From assembly GCF_009914755.1 (NCBI RefSeq), contig NC_060936.1: a stretch of DNA of 64,000 nucleotides; one strand, 5' to 3'. The position numbers and the translations under genes were made by a program. The notes under the pieces are model-generated. The model was not told where the DNA came from. It made no database searches and was given only the letters and a program-made list of their open reading frames with translations. How positions within the stretch are numbered: the first letter of the stretch is position 1; the number at the start of each line of letters is the position of its first letter. Shown piece by piece: positions 44,615-56,194 of the stretch. This DNA is from the human T2T-CHM13v2.0 reference genome, Homo sapiens.

Positions 44615-45143
44615 ATGTGTTTACCTTTCTGTCCCTGGCTTATTTCACTTAACATAACGTCCTCCAGTTCTATCCATGTTGCCATGAACGAAAGGATTTT
44701 GTTTGTTTTTTACTGCTGAATAGTATTCTGTTTGTGTATACACCTCATGTTCTCACTCATGTGTGGAGGCTTTAAAAAATTTCATCTCATAGAAGTAAAA
44801 AGTAGAACAGAGGATACTAGAGGCTAAGAAGGGTTGAGGAAGAAGGAATAGGAAGATATTTGTTGAAAATGAAAGGTACAAAATTACAGCCTGATAGGAG
44901 GAATAAATTCCAATGTTCTAGATCACTCTAAGATGACTGTAATTAACAATAATATATGAAATAATTTCAGATAGCTAGGCAGAGGATATTGACTGTTCCC
45001 AACATAAAGAAATTATAAATTTTGAGATGACGGATATCCTAATTACACTGATCTGATACCTCTACATTATATGAATCACAAAGTCACGATGTACCCCATA
45101 AATATGTTCAATTATTATGTGTCAATGTAAAATTTAAGTAAAA
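44615..45143 (+). mobile_element. L1MA 3' end with 5' inversion (inverted 44615-44743, direct 44744-45143)
   Basis: An antisense L1 segment ('ctggcttatttcacttaacataacgtcctccagttctatccatgttgc') is joined to the sense 3' UTR ('catgttctcactcat...gtaccccataaatatg..caattattatgtgtcaat'). Confidence 0.88.
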
Positions 45144-46059
45144 AGAGTAGGTACATATGATCTCCTCTTAAAATGTTACTAATAATAGTCAAATACCACT
45201 TTCTGTTTTAAAAATAACTGATGACAAACTTGGATCATCAAATTTTGCCCCAATGAATATGCCTTCTTATAGAAAACTTGTGTAACTAACTATAACCATG
45301 TAACTAACTGTAACTGTACATTGAATTTTATAGCAGACTAGCTTTTCTATGAATCTAAAAGTCTTGCTACATATAATCTTTAACCTTAACCAGGGATCCA
45401 GAAATTCCATTTAATGTCCAATCTATGCATGGATAAACATCAATAATAAAATTCCTTGAAATTTAGGTACAATTTATTATTTTTCCAGTCTATAGAAAAC
45501 ACACTGTAACCTGGAACTCACTCTAACTAAGATTGCATTAGGCTCCTCTCTACATATATATATGATTATTTCTGAAATGTTAGCTTTGTTTGGCTCTTTG
45601 TTAATTTGGAGGCTGCTCTTCAGTTCCCTCTATTTGTGTGGATCTTTCCACACAAGTGAAGGATTCATGGATCCTTCATTTATTTATTCAACATAATTAT
45701 TTCTGAGCCTATTATGAACCTGACAAAGCAAAAAAGTGCTGTTCCTGTCTTCTGAGTCACTGGAGGAAAAGTCTACACTCTTGAAAAAAGAATGGAAGGG
45801 AACTCTCAAGCTAGGTTTAATTGAAGATGGAGTTTTATTAGGAATTGAGAATTTCAGATTAAGATCTGAGATGAAGAGAGGATACTGAGAAGGAAACCCC
45901 AGCATTTCAAGGGAATGTTTTCCCCTGGTTTCTAGGTGACTTTAGAAGCAACAGTCATGGGAATCTTAACAGAGTAGAGAGAAGTAATTTCTTTGAAATA
46001 CACCAAAAAGGTACTCAGAAAGAATCTTCGTGTTAATAAAGGACATTGAGTAAAATCCA

Positions 46060-46545
46060 TATATTTTATTTATCCAGTCATTTAACAAACAGTTTTGAGT
46101 GTCTGTGATGTAGAACTATGATAAACCTTAGGAAACAGATCCAGTATCTGCCCTCTTGGAATTTGTACTTTAGAAGAGCCAAAGTTCATTTATAAATATG
46201 CTTATTGTGATATATTCTGTGATAGAGAAAATAAAGCAAAAATATTTATTCATTATCTATCATGTGTGTTCAGATGTAATGGTAAATAAAGCAGATTGGC
46301 TCCCTATAGGTGAGGAAATCATACCAGTCAAATACATACACAGATATGCAAACTGGCACATGTAACAAAGTGAAAGTATGGTGTATCACATGAGAGTACA
46401 TAAGGGGTGACTGAGAAGATTGGGGACTCAAGGAAGACGTTCCTTGAGTAATGATGACTGAGCTTATAACCAAAGGACTGTCAAGAGTTAACTAATAAAG
46501 CGAGATGGAGGATACGAGTGGAAGGATCAGGCCTAGGCCAAGGGA
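46060..46545 (-). mobile_element. L2 fragment
   Basis: 'tcatttaacaaacagttttgagtgtctgtgatgt', 'ctgccctcttggaatttg', 'ggactcaaggaagacgttccttgagtaa'. Confidence 0.6.
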
Positions 46546-47239
46546 CCACCTTTAGCAATGAAGATAAATTCCAATGGCCTGATTAATACCTTTCATAGCC
46601 CGAGTTCTAATCTACCATGGTGGACCCAAAAGTTACAGTCATTCTCCTACACTTTGCAAAATGAGATACTGAAAAAGTCTAGAGAAAACAAATAGTGATT
46701 TTTCTGGGAAGAAACCTTCCTTAGCAGGATTCTATAGGAAATTATTTTTCCCCTTTCAAAACGATCAAAGTGAGGCAACAGGCCTTCAGTGGGTTGACAT
46801 AGAAAATGCAAGTAAGACAGATTATGGAAGTCTTGGAAACCAAAATGGACATTCCATTGTGTGGAAGGACAGCTCTGCCTAAGCCAGAAGGTTAACATGT
46901 GAACACTAAGACTTGTGGACCTGGTGACAAAAACAAAAGGAAAAGCATGAAGCCAGAGACATTTTAGGAGACCAGATGGCCAAATAAATAAATAAAATAC
47001 CCCTTTAACAGCAGACCCAGAATACAGTGTGAGGCAACTGCATTCAAGCAAAACCAATGCAATGTTAAAAAGGAGAAGACCAAGAAAGCACATAGCAGTG
47101 GCATTAACAAAAGAAGCAATGATGAAGAGCATTTAGTGGTGCAGTTTAGCAAGCCCTTGCACTGTGATGATATGATGCTATATCTGAAAATCACTGAAGG
47201 CAACCTAAGAGCTCCAGCATTAACTGAGATGGATTAATG

Positions 47240-47600
47240 TATTTATTCATCAGTTTAACAAATATTGGTTGAACTCCCACTCTGTTCTAAGCACTGTGCT
47301 CGACATTAGGGATACAGCAGTTAACAACTACAAGAAAATCCTAGCCTTTATTCATTTAAAGAAGATCAATAAAAACATATAAACTAATCTTTAGTACAGT
47401 AAATATTTTTAAGTACTGCGGGGGAAAATGTCAGATAAGAAAGCTAGAAAATTCTGGGAGTGGAAAGTCAACCATAGCTCAGTAGCAATGCAGCATTAAA
47501 TAGAGTCCCACAAGAAGAGAAGGAGCAAACAACAGGGATTCCTGGAAAATATTCCAGGCAGAGAAGAGGAAATAGCCAAGACCCTTCCTCCAGAATTTTC
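47240..47600 (-). mobile_element. L2 fragment (3' end)
   Basis: 'tttaacaaatattggttgaactcccactctgttctaagcactgtgct...gggatacagcagttaaca', 'attccaggcagag'. Confidence 0.7.
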
Positions 47601-47659
47601 CTCCTGAGTTCAGAGATTACACGTCTGTACAACACTAGAGAGTATCTTTAATAGTGGCT

Positions 47660-47886
47660 TAGACAGCATTCACTAAGTGCTAGGCACTGTTTCTAGTGAT
47701 TAACAAAAGTACACTCAGGTAACTCATTTCATCCTTACAACAACCCTAGAAGTCATATACTATTATTATCATCATCCCTATTTTACAGATGAGAAATGGA
47801 GGAAAAGAGAAGTTGAACAACTAATCCAGAATTGCACAGTTACTATGCGGCATTGCTGGGATTTGAACCCAGATGGTCTGGCTCTG
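47660..47886 (-). mobile_element. MIR
   Basis: 'catccctattttacagatgagaaatggagg', 'ctgggatttgaacccagatggtctggctct'. Confidence 0.85.
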
Positions 47887-48197
47887 TATTGGTCTTGAGT
47901 CCTTCTCACATCACATCACATATCATCTGACCTCTTCCATAGCCACACCTTTCTTTGACTCTGTCCTTTCTGCCTCTCTTTTTTCAATTTGAAAAACTCT
48001 TGTGATTATGTTACATCTATCTGTATAATCTGGAATACACTCTCTATTTTACAGTCAGCTGATTAGCAAACTTAATTCTATTGCAAACTTCTTTCTCCTT
48101 CGCCAGATAACATAACATATTCACAAGCTCTGGGGCAGAATGTTGACATTTTTGTGGTGAGGACAGAGGGTGGGCAGGCATTAATCTGCCTACCATA
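47887..48197 (-). mobile_element. MLT1D/E-like LTR fragment
   Basis: 'gtcagctgattagcaaacttaattc', 'aacataacatattcacaag', 'ctgcctaccata'. Confidence 0.75.
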
Positions 48198-49599
48198 AGC
48201 TCTAAAAATGTACTCTCAGCCACTAAATTACTCTACCCTTACAAACATAGCCAGAACACAGGTGGTTTCTGTTTGGGTCAGCCAGACTAAGTCTCATATC
48301 GTCTGCATATTCTAGGGCACCAACATGATTAAAGCTAGACAAATTTGGGTTCTGAAATATGTTTTGAGTCTAGTCATAAACTCAACAGGCATTGAGTTGA
48401 AATGTAAAGGACAGGCATGCTACGCATTCAACCTGCATGGGATTTGAGTCATATATGATTAATTGAAACACAATTTTATTATTTCTATGTTGTAAAAACA
48501 TGAAAATATTTTTAATATAAAACATTTTAGTACTCTTGCTTCCCACTTAGTTCAGTTCTATTGTCATTTGTATAACTTGTTTCTAGTAGCTTTTTCTCTA
48601 CTTTTTTACTCTGCATTCATTTTTTGTATTCCACATGAGAAGCTCCAAATGTTATTCCTGTCTGTGATTTGTGTTTTTCAATGAATTTAAAGGCAAAAAT
48701 AAAGAGTGTTTGCCTACAATATAGTTTCTCCCAAGGATTGAGACAATTTTGCTTTTCCTAAACCCATCCTATACTTAGTCTTATCTCTACAGTCTTCATT
48801 CATTATTCCTTCATCCTCTCTCCAGCCTTGCTGGTAAATTCTACTCACCTTTCAAAGCCTGGTTCTTTTTCCTGTGTGCTCTTAATGGCATTTGTTTCTT
48901 CTTTGTGATGACACATATTGTATATTGTCATAAGTTATTTGTTGTATTCATTTTTATGTATTACTTACTGAATTTATTTTATGTAGCAGGATATACATGC
49001 AAATGATTTTGATAGATAACTGTAACTCTTTAAAATGTTTTTTTTTTTTGGCAAATTAATGCTGGTCACATTTTTCAGTTATATAAAAATGTGTTTATAA
49101 TTTTCTAACATTTATTTACTTTCCTGAAATTAAATTCATATATTAAATAATTACCTGCCTATGACTAATTAAAAAATAATCTCTCTAATATGTCTAATGC
49201 CAATTTGGGAATTTGGCATTTAATAAATAAAAATAAAATAATTTATAATAAAACACTGCTTTCTTTTCCTGCCCCAGCAGGTCTGCACTACACTATATGA
49301 AGTGGCGAAAAGGTTGTGCCTGTATATAAAATTACAGTGGATTCACTGCCATGTATGCTTATTCATTCTGTGTATTATACTGTGGACGTAAATATTATTA
49401 ATTGGCATTACTATTATTTATTTTATTTCCCACAACGTGAAATACTCTTGGTAAGTTCCCAAACAGAAGAGTATGCAATTTTCTCTTGATATATACAGTA
49501 GTGGCATTTCTACACAATTCAGTGTAAATCAAAATAGTGCAAAAATCCTTTATGATTACATGTAAAAGAGAAAGAAGAATAGATTACAAATAGAGTACG

Positions 49600-50085
49600 T
49601 TTAAAAAATTGTAATAAGAACATGCAACATGAGATATGCCTTTTTAACAAATTTTAAGTGTACAATAGAGTATTGCTAGCTATAGCCATGATGTTGTACG
49701 GCAAATCTCTAAAACTTACTCATCTTGTGTAACTGAAACTTTACATCTGCTGAATAGCTTTTCATTTCCCCTTCCCTCATCCCTGGGCCACCACCATTCT
49801 ACTTTCTGCTTCCATGAGTTTGGCTATTTTACATACTTTGTATAAGTGGAAAAATACAGTATGCGTTCTTTGATGACTAGCTTATTTTACTTAGCATGAT
49901 ATCCTCCAAGTTCATCCATATTTTGCATATTTCAGGATTTCCTTCCTTTTTAAGGTTAAATAATATTTCATTATATATGTATACCACATTTTCTTTATCT
50001 ATTAATCCACTGATGGACATTTAGGTTGTTTCCACATCTTGACTATTGTGAATTATGCTTCAATGAACATGGGAGTGCAAATATT
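49600..50085 (-). mobile_element. L1MA/L1MB 3' fragment
   Basis: 'aaattttaagtgtacaatagagtattg', 'accaccattctactttctgcttccatgagttt', 'tccactgatggacatttaggttgtttccacatcttgactattgtgaa'. Confidence 0.9.
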
Positions 50086-51799
50086 AATTCTTTCCTTTCT
50101 CTTTTTTTCATTATTTACTCTCACTTTGCAAAGAAATAGTGCTAGAGAGTGTGATTTTACAGCATTTCCTTTTCATAATGTTCTAAGATTTTTCTAAATC
50201 CAAACATCAAATTCATCTTTACACAATATGCAGCTAGTAATTGGTTAGACCAACTAATAATGATATATGTATATCTATGTATATTTGAAGGTGATATATT
50301 TTGAGCATAAAATAGGTATCTTAATAAACATTTGTTTAACAGCATTTAAAATCATTATAATCAGTACAACCATGGTCCTTTCTTCTACTTTTTTTTCACA
50401 TTTTGATAATTAAGATTGTTGAAGCTTTCTTCTCTAAGTATCCTCCACAACATTGCGTATGTTATAGGTTTCAGTAACTATTTTGAATGAATTTTAAAAT
50501 GAATGTGTAAATAAAGTGACTACTAATTGTTAGGCAAGAGGCTTAGCAAAATACCTAATATGATTTGCATTCAGCACCTGCCTTGTCAACTCTGAAATTA
50601 TTACTTTGATTTTCACCATTATCTTAGTTTTAGAAAATAATGCTATTGGATTTTGAAGTTGAAATTGAGGATTATTTTTCTTGCCTATACATACTTGTGT
50701 TTGTAGCTAGATCAAGAGGAACAAAAAATGCACAGCTATTTTTGGAACTTCAAGTATGGTCTCCTGTGCTACAAACTATGCAAATAAATCAACACACCTG
50801 GGTGACCTAGGTCAGAAAAAAACACATAAACAACAACTTCAAGTCTGTTTAGCAAATCTGGGTATTATTGCCTCATGCAGGCTATGCCACTGTGGACAGC
50901 TTCTACAGCTACAGCATGGCTGAAGTGCTGTACCCTGGAAAATGTAGGCCCTGCTGGATCAAAAGTAAACAACAATGCAACAGTGAACTTTCGATAGACC
51001 ACAAGTATATTTAAGTAGAAAAACAGCATCCCACCAAGTGATTACTTTAGCCAGCTGTGTGAATTTGCCTTGGGCTGAGGCAGACCCTTCACAGTGCCAA
51101 TCCGTCATTAGTAGAATTCTGAGTATGTGTCTTTTGGAGCCAAGAAAATGGGATGGAGAGGGAGGGAATATCCAAATACCTAGGTGCATTTTGGCAAGCA
51201 AATCAACTGGACACAATTATATTCTAAACTTTCCACAGTGAAAGAATCATAGCATACGTGAGAAAAAATGTCTAACTGACTTCTTTACCCTTGATCACTT
51301 GAATAAAAGTGCATTAAATCAGCCATCAACACAAGACAATGTTTTTCTATACAGAGAAATGTAAGACAGAAATTACTTATCGTGTTATAGAAATGCAGAA
51401 AAGATAAAATATCTTTATAACCCCACTTTAACAAAAAGAGTCAACAAATATTTCTTTCTTATATACTCTGTATTAGGAGCTGTTATAATTGCTTACTAGA
51501 TATCTCTGAGAAAATGCCGTTCTCCTTAAAGATTATATATTCTAATAATAAACTAAAAAAATTAAGATTATATATGTGTATGTGTATATGGAAAGAGAGT
51601 ACATAAGGAATATATAATAATATAATATAATAATATAACAAAGAGTGATCAGGACAGGAAAGAAGTTTGAAAGTGGGCTCTTATTTTTACTGAAACTGTC
51701 AAAGAAGACCTGTCTGAAATAACAATTGTGTTTGTATGCATTATTTTATTTATGAAACATACTATAGGAGATGAGGGTTTCTAAGAAATTTGCCAATAA

Positions 51800-52265
51800 T
51801 TGTGAATAGACAAATATCCCTACCATCACTACCTTCCAATGATGATGGAGGAGTGAAAACCAAAAATATGATCAGTAAACATAATAAATAACTAATATAA
51901 GAGAGTGTGATATGTGCCATTTAAAGGTGATAACAGATATTTGGGATCCTAAGAGCTGGTGGAAAGCTGCCATTTAAATAGGGATCAGGAAGTTTTAGGG
52001 GAGAGATAATATTTGAGCAAAGATTTTAAGGAGGTAAGAGATCTAGCCATAGGATATTTGGAATAAGCATATTCCAGGCAGAGGCAACATCTAGTGCAGA
52101 ATCTTGAGGTAGTTTGCTTGGAGATGATCAGAAACAGCAAAGAGGCCAGTATGTCTGCAGTAGGGTTAGGAAGGGGATAGATTGCAGAGAGGCAATGGGA
52201 ATCCAGGTCATGTGGAACCCTACTGGACATTGTAAGGTCTCCAGGTTTGACTCTAAATGATGTGT
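51800..52265 (-). mobile_element. L2a fragment
   Basis: 'gcatattccaggcagaggcaacatctagtgcag', 'gaaacagcaaagaggccagtatgtctgcag', 'ccaggtcatgtggaaccct'. Confidence 0.8.
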
Positions 52266-52488
52266 CTGTAGCTATATGTCAAACTATTTTGCCTCAAAAT
52301 TCAGCGCTGCTTCACTTTATAGAAAAGAAGCTTTGAAGGGAGGAGGGGCACCTGCTCAGAATGAAAACCCCTTCCTTTTCTCTCTTGATCTTACAAAACA
52401 CTTCTACCCCAAATCTTCATGCACATATGTCTCCAACATGCACCTATACCTATGTGCACTCTCAGCAGAGAAAATAATTTGTCTAAGT

Positions 52489-52843
52489 CAGTGGTTCACC
52501 ACCCTGGCTGGGACTCACCCTCACTGATGGAGCTTATTAACCACACATGTCAGAGGCCCACTTGAGTGAACCTAATTCAGAACTAGGTTTAGACACAGGC
52601 TTCTCTTTTGGTGTGAAACCTCCCTCAGGTGACTCTGATGGGCTGTCACATATAGGACTCACTGCTCTAGATGCTAGCTACTCAGTGTGCGGTCTGTGGT
52701 CCAGCAATATCAGCATCATCTGGGAGCTTGTTAGAAATGAGAAACTCAGGCTTCATCAGAAAACTATGAAATCAGAACCTATATTTTAACAAACTCCTCA
52801 GTTGATTCATATGCATACTCAAGTTTGAGATGCATTTCTCTAG
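52489..52843. mobile_element. Two adjacent MER5 (hAT-Charlie) elements
   Basis: 'cagtggttcaccaccctggctg...ccctcaggtgactctgatg...cactgctctaga', then 'cagcatcatctgggagcttgttagaaatg...aatcagaa...ttttaacaa...aagtttgaga'. Confidence 0.8.
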
Positions 52844-53181
52844 CTCTTTTTCTCAACTCTCTATTACTTTACACTCAGTCTTTGTACATATGCCCAGGTA
52901 TTTCAAATCTATTTCTTAGATGAAAGTAATTGCAGATCAAGGAAATAAAATAATCTCCTTCCCAACAGAAACACTTCATCGAACTTCTTATGTAAATCTG
53001 TTTTCTTTCTCACCCATATTTTATAGCCTGGAAACAATTTGTAAAACAGTTTATGTGACCAGAAATCCTTCATGATAATTCTGTGTAATTTGATACCATA
53101 ATAATACAATTATTTGTTAATTCTTTGTTGAAACTTTTTTTTAAGTTTCTATGGAGAAGTCTTGAAATTAAACATTTCTCC

Positions 53182-55436
53182 TGATATAGTTTGGCTATGT
53201 CCCTACCCAAAATCTCATCTTGAATTGTAATCCCCATAAACTCCATAATCCCCACATGTTGTGAGCAGGACCAGGTGGAGGTAACTGGATTATGGAGACA
53301 GTTTGCCCCATGCTGTTCTCATGAAAATGAATGTTTCTCACAATATCTGATGGTTTTATAAGTGTCTGGCATTTCCCCTTCTTGCACTCACTCTGTCCTG
53401 CCACCCTGTGAAGAAGGTGCCTGCTTCTTTTTTGCCTTCCACCATGATTTTAAGTTTCCTGAGGCCTCCCCAACAATGTGGAACTGTGAGTCAATTAAAC
53501 CTCTTTCCTTTATAAATTACCCAGTCTCAGGTATTTCTTCATAGTAGTATACGAATGGACTAATACAGTAAATTGGTACCGAGATAGTGGGGCATTGCTA
53601 TAAGTTACCTGAGAATGTGGAAACAACTTTGGGACTGGGTAATAGGTAGAGATTGAAACCACTGTAGGGGTCAGAAGACAGAAAGATTTGGGAAAATTTG
53701 GAACTTCCTAGAGACTTGTTGAATGGCTTTGACCAAAATGCTAATACTGATATGGGCAATGAAGTCCAGGCTGAGGTGGTCTCAAATGGAGTTGAGTAAC
53801 TTGTTGGGAACTCTTGCTATACTTTAGCAAACAGACTGGCGGCATTTAGCACCTGCCCTAGGGATCTGTGTAACTTTGAACCTGAGAGAGATGATTTGGG
53901 GTATCTGGTAGAAGAAATTCTAAGCAGAAAAGTGTTCAAAAGGAAGCAGAGCATACAAATTATGAAAATTTGCAGCATGACGATGTGATAGAAAAAAAAT
54001 TCTGGGGAGAAATTCAAGCCCACTGCAGAAATGTTAATCACCAAGACAATGAGGAAAACATCTCCAGGGCATGTTAGATACCTTCATGGCAGTGCCTCCC
54101 ATCCAGGCCCAGAGGCCTAGGAGGGAAAAATGGTTTTGTGTGCTGGGCCCAGGGCATCCTGCTCTATGCAGCCTTGGGACATGGTCCCCTGTGTCCCAGC
54201 TGCTTCACCTCCAAGCATGGCTAAAAGGGGTCAAGGTACAGCCTGGGCTATTGCTTCCGAAGGTGCAAGTCCCAAGCCTTGGCAATTTCCATGTAGTGTT
54301 GAGCCTGCAGATATACAGAAGTCAGGAATTGAGGTTAGGAACCTCCATCTAGATTTAAGGGGATGTACGGAAATGCCTGCATGTCCAGGCAGAAGTTTGC
54401 TGCAGGGGCAGAGCTGTCATGAAGAGCCTCTACTAGTGTAGTGCAGAAGGGATATATCAGGTTGTAGCCCCCACACAGAATACCCACTGGGACACTGCAT
54501 AGTGGAACTGTGAGAAGAGGGCCACTATTCTCCCATTCTCAGAACAGTAGATCCACCAACAGCTTGCACCATGTGGCTGGAAAAGCTGCAGACACTTGGT
54601 GCCAGCTTGTGAAAGCATCTAGGAGAGGGGCTGTACCCTGCAAAGCCACAGGGCCGGAGTTGTCCAAGGCCATGGGAGCCCACCTCTTGCATCAGCATGA
54701 CCTGGATGTGAGACCTAGTGTCAAAGGAGATCATTTTGGAACTTTAAGGCTTAATGTCTGCCCTATTGGATTTGGGACTTGCATGGTGCCTGTAGCCCAT
54801 TTGTTTTGGCCAGTTTCTTCTATTTGGAACAGGTTTATTTACCCAATGCCTGTACCCCCATTGTATCTTGAAAGTAACTAACTTGCTTTTGATTTTACAG
54901 GGTCAAAGGCAGACAGGACTTGCCTTGTCTCAGGTGAGACTTTGGAATTAGACTTTTGGGTTAATGCTGGAATGAGTTAAGACTCTGGAGGACTGTTGGA
55001 AAGCCATGACTGTGTTTTAAAATGTGAGGACACAAGATTTGGGAGAGGCCAGGGATGGAATGATATGGTTTGACTATGTTCCTACCCAAAATCTCATCCT
55101 GAATTGTAATCCCCATAATCCCCACGTGTCAAGGGTGGGACCAGGTGGAGGTAATTGGATCCTGGGGTCAGTTTGCCCCATGCTGTTCTCCTGATAATGA
55201 GTAAGTCTCATGAGATCTGATGGTTTTGTATGCATTTGGCATTTCCCCTGCTTGCACTCACTCTGTCCTGCCACCCTGTGAAGAAGGTGCCTGCTTCTCT
55301 TTGCCTTCCACCATAAGTATATGTTTCCTGAGGCCTTCCCAACAATGTAGAACTGTGAGACAATTAAAGCTCTTTTCTTTACAAATTACACAGTCTTTGG
55401 TATTTCTTCATTGCAGTGTGAGAGCGGACTAATATA
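53182..55436 (+). mobile_element. THE1D MaLR provirus, full length (LTR 53182-53567, int 53568-55060, LTR 55061-55436)
   Basis: Two direct LTRs ('tgatat.gttt..ctatgt.cctacccaaaatctcatc...ggcatttcccct.cttgcactc...ggactaata.a'), internal start 'gtaaattggtacc', purine tract before the 3' LTR, near-TSD tctcc/tcccc. Confidence 0.95.
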
Positions 55437-55921
55437 TCCCCTCTCCTAGCTTGTAAATACACGTGGGATCTTCTACATGTTCAAAATTAGAAAATGTTCA
55501 AATTAATATAGGGAAAATTTGGGAGAGGAGCGTATTTTTTAGGGTCTGGCAAACTGTGTAATTTTTTTCTCATTTTGTTTTCTTTCTCTCTCTGCTTCTA
55601 ATGAGTAGACATGTGGAATACACTTATGGCTCAAAATTTCTTTCTCCACATATGCATTTTAAATAATAAATAACAGTCTATAATTGAAACAAAATATTTT
55701 AATTAAAAAAATTGAAAGGAAATTAATTAGGGTTTCACATATATAAATAAACTCTAAAAGCCTGATTTAACATGGTACACTAGAGATTATCACTTTTTGG
55801 TAAGGTCAACTTTAATGAGAAAAGATTATTAGCTGAATAAAAAACAGCAAAATGAGTAATTAGTTCAGGAGATAAAAATAAGTAAAATAATTTGGAGGAA
55901 GCATCACAATGCTGTAACGAA

Positions 55922-55925
<4 letters not shown>

Positions 55926-55952
<27 letters not shown>
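55926..55952 (+). repeat. Poly(A)27
   Basis: Pure A run with no recognisable SINE/LINE body upstream. Confidence 0.95.
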
Positions 55953-55953
<1 letters not shown>

Positions 55954-56104
55954 CTGGCCTGCACCTTTTAAATCCAAAAGCTTAAAGCTGTCAGATAAAA
56001 TATATTGCATGTAAAAAGTGTTAAAGACAATTCATATATTTTTTCTACTTTTTAAGATAACTTTTATTTGAAATATATTTCAACCTCACTATAATTTTGT
56101 TAGT

Positions 56105-56194
56105 TCAGAAGGTCAAAATCTTTAGGACAGCTCCTCAGAAATCCAAACTCTTTAGGAGTACTCATCAAAAGGTCAAAATCTTTAGGATTGTTCT
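56105..56194 (+). repeat. 30-bp minisatellite, 3 copies
   Basis: tcagaaggtcaaaatctttaggacagctcc / tcagaaatccaaactctttaggagtactca / tcaaaaggtcaaaatctttaggattgttct. Confidence 0.9.

Noticed and set aside
46647-47132. Longest ORF (161 aa, hydrophobic, - strand)
   Set aside because: Its F/L/S/C-rich composition is what the complement of a purine-rich strand gives. Non-ATG start and no recognisable family.
54071-54881. ORFs of 93-123 aa
   Set aside because: Fragments within the THE1D internal region, not host genes.
56105-56194. CRISPR-like interpretation of the 30-bp periodic repeat
   Set aside because: Primate DNA, no cas genes, and the 'spacers' are homologous to each other. It is a minisatellite.
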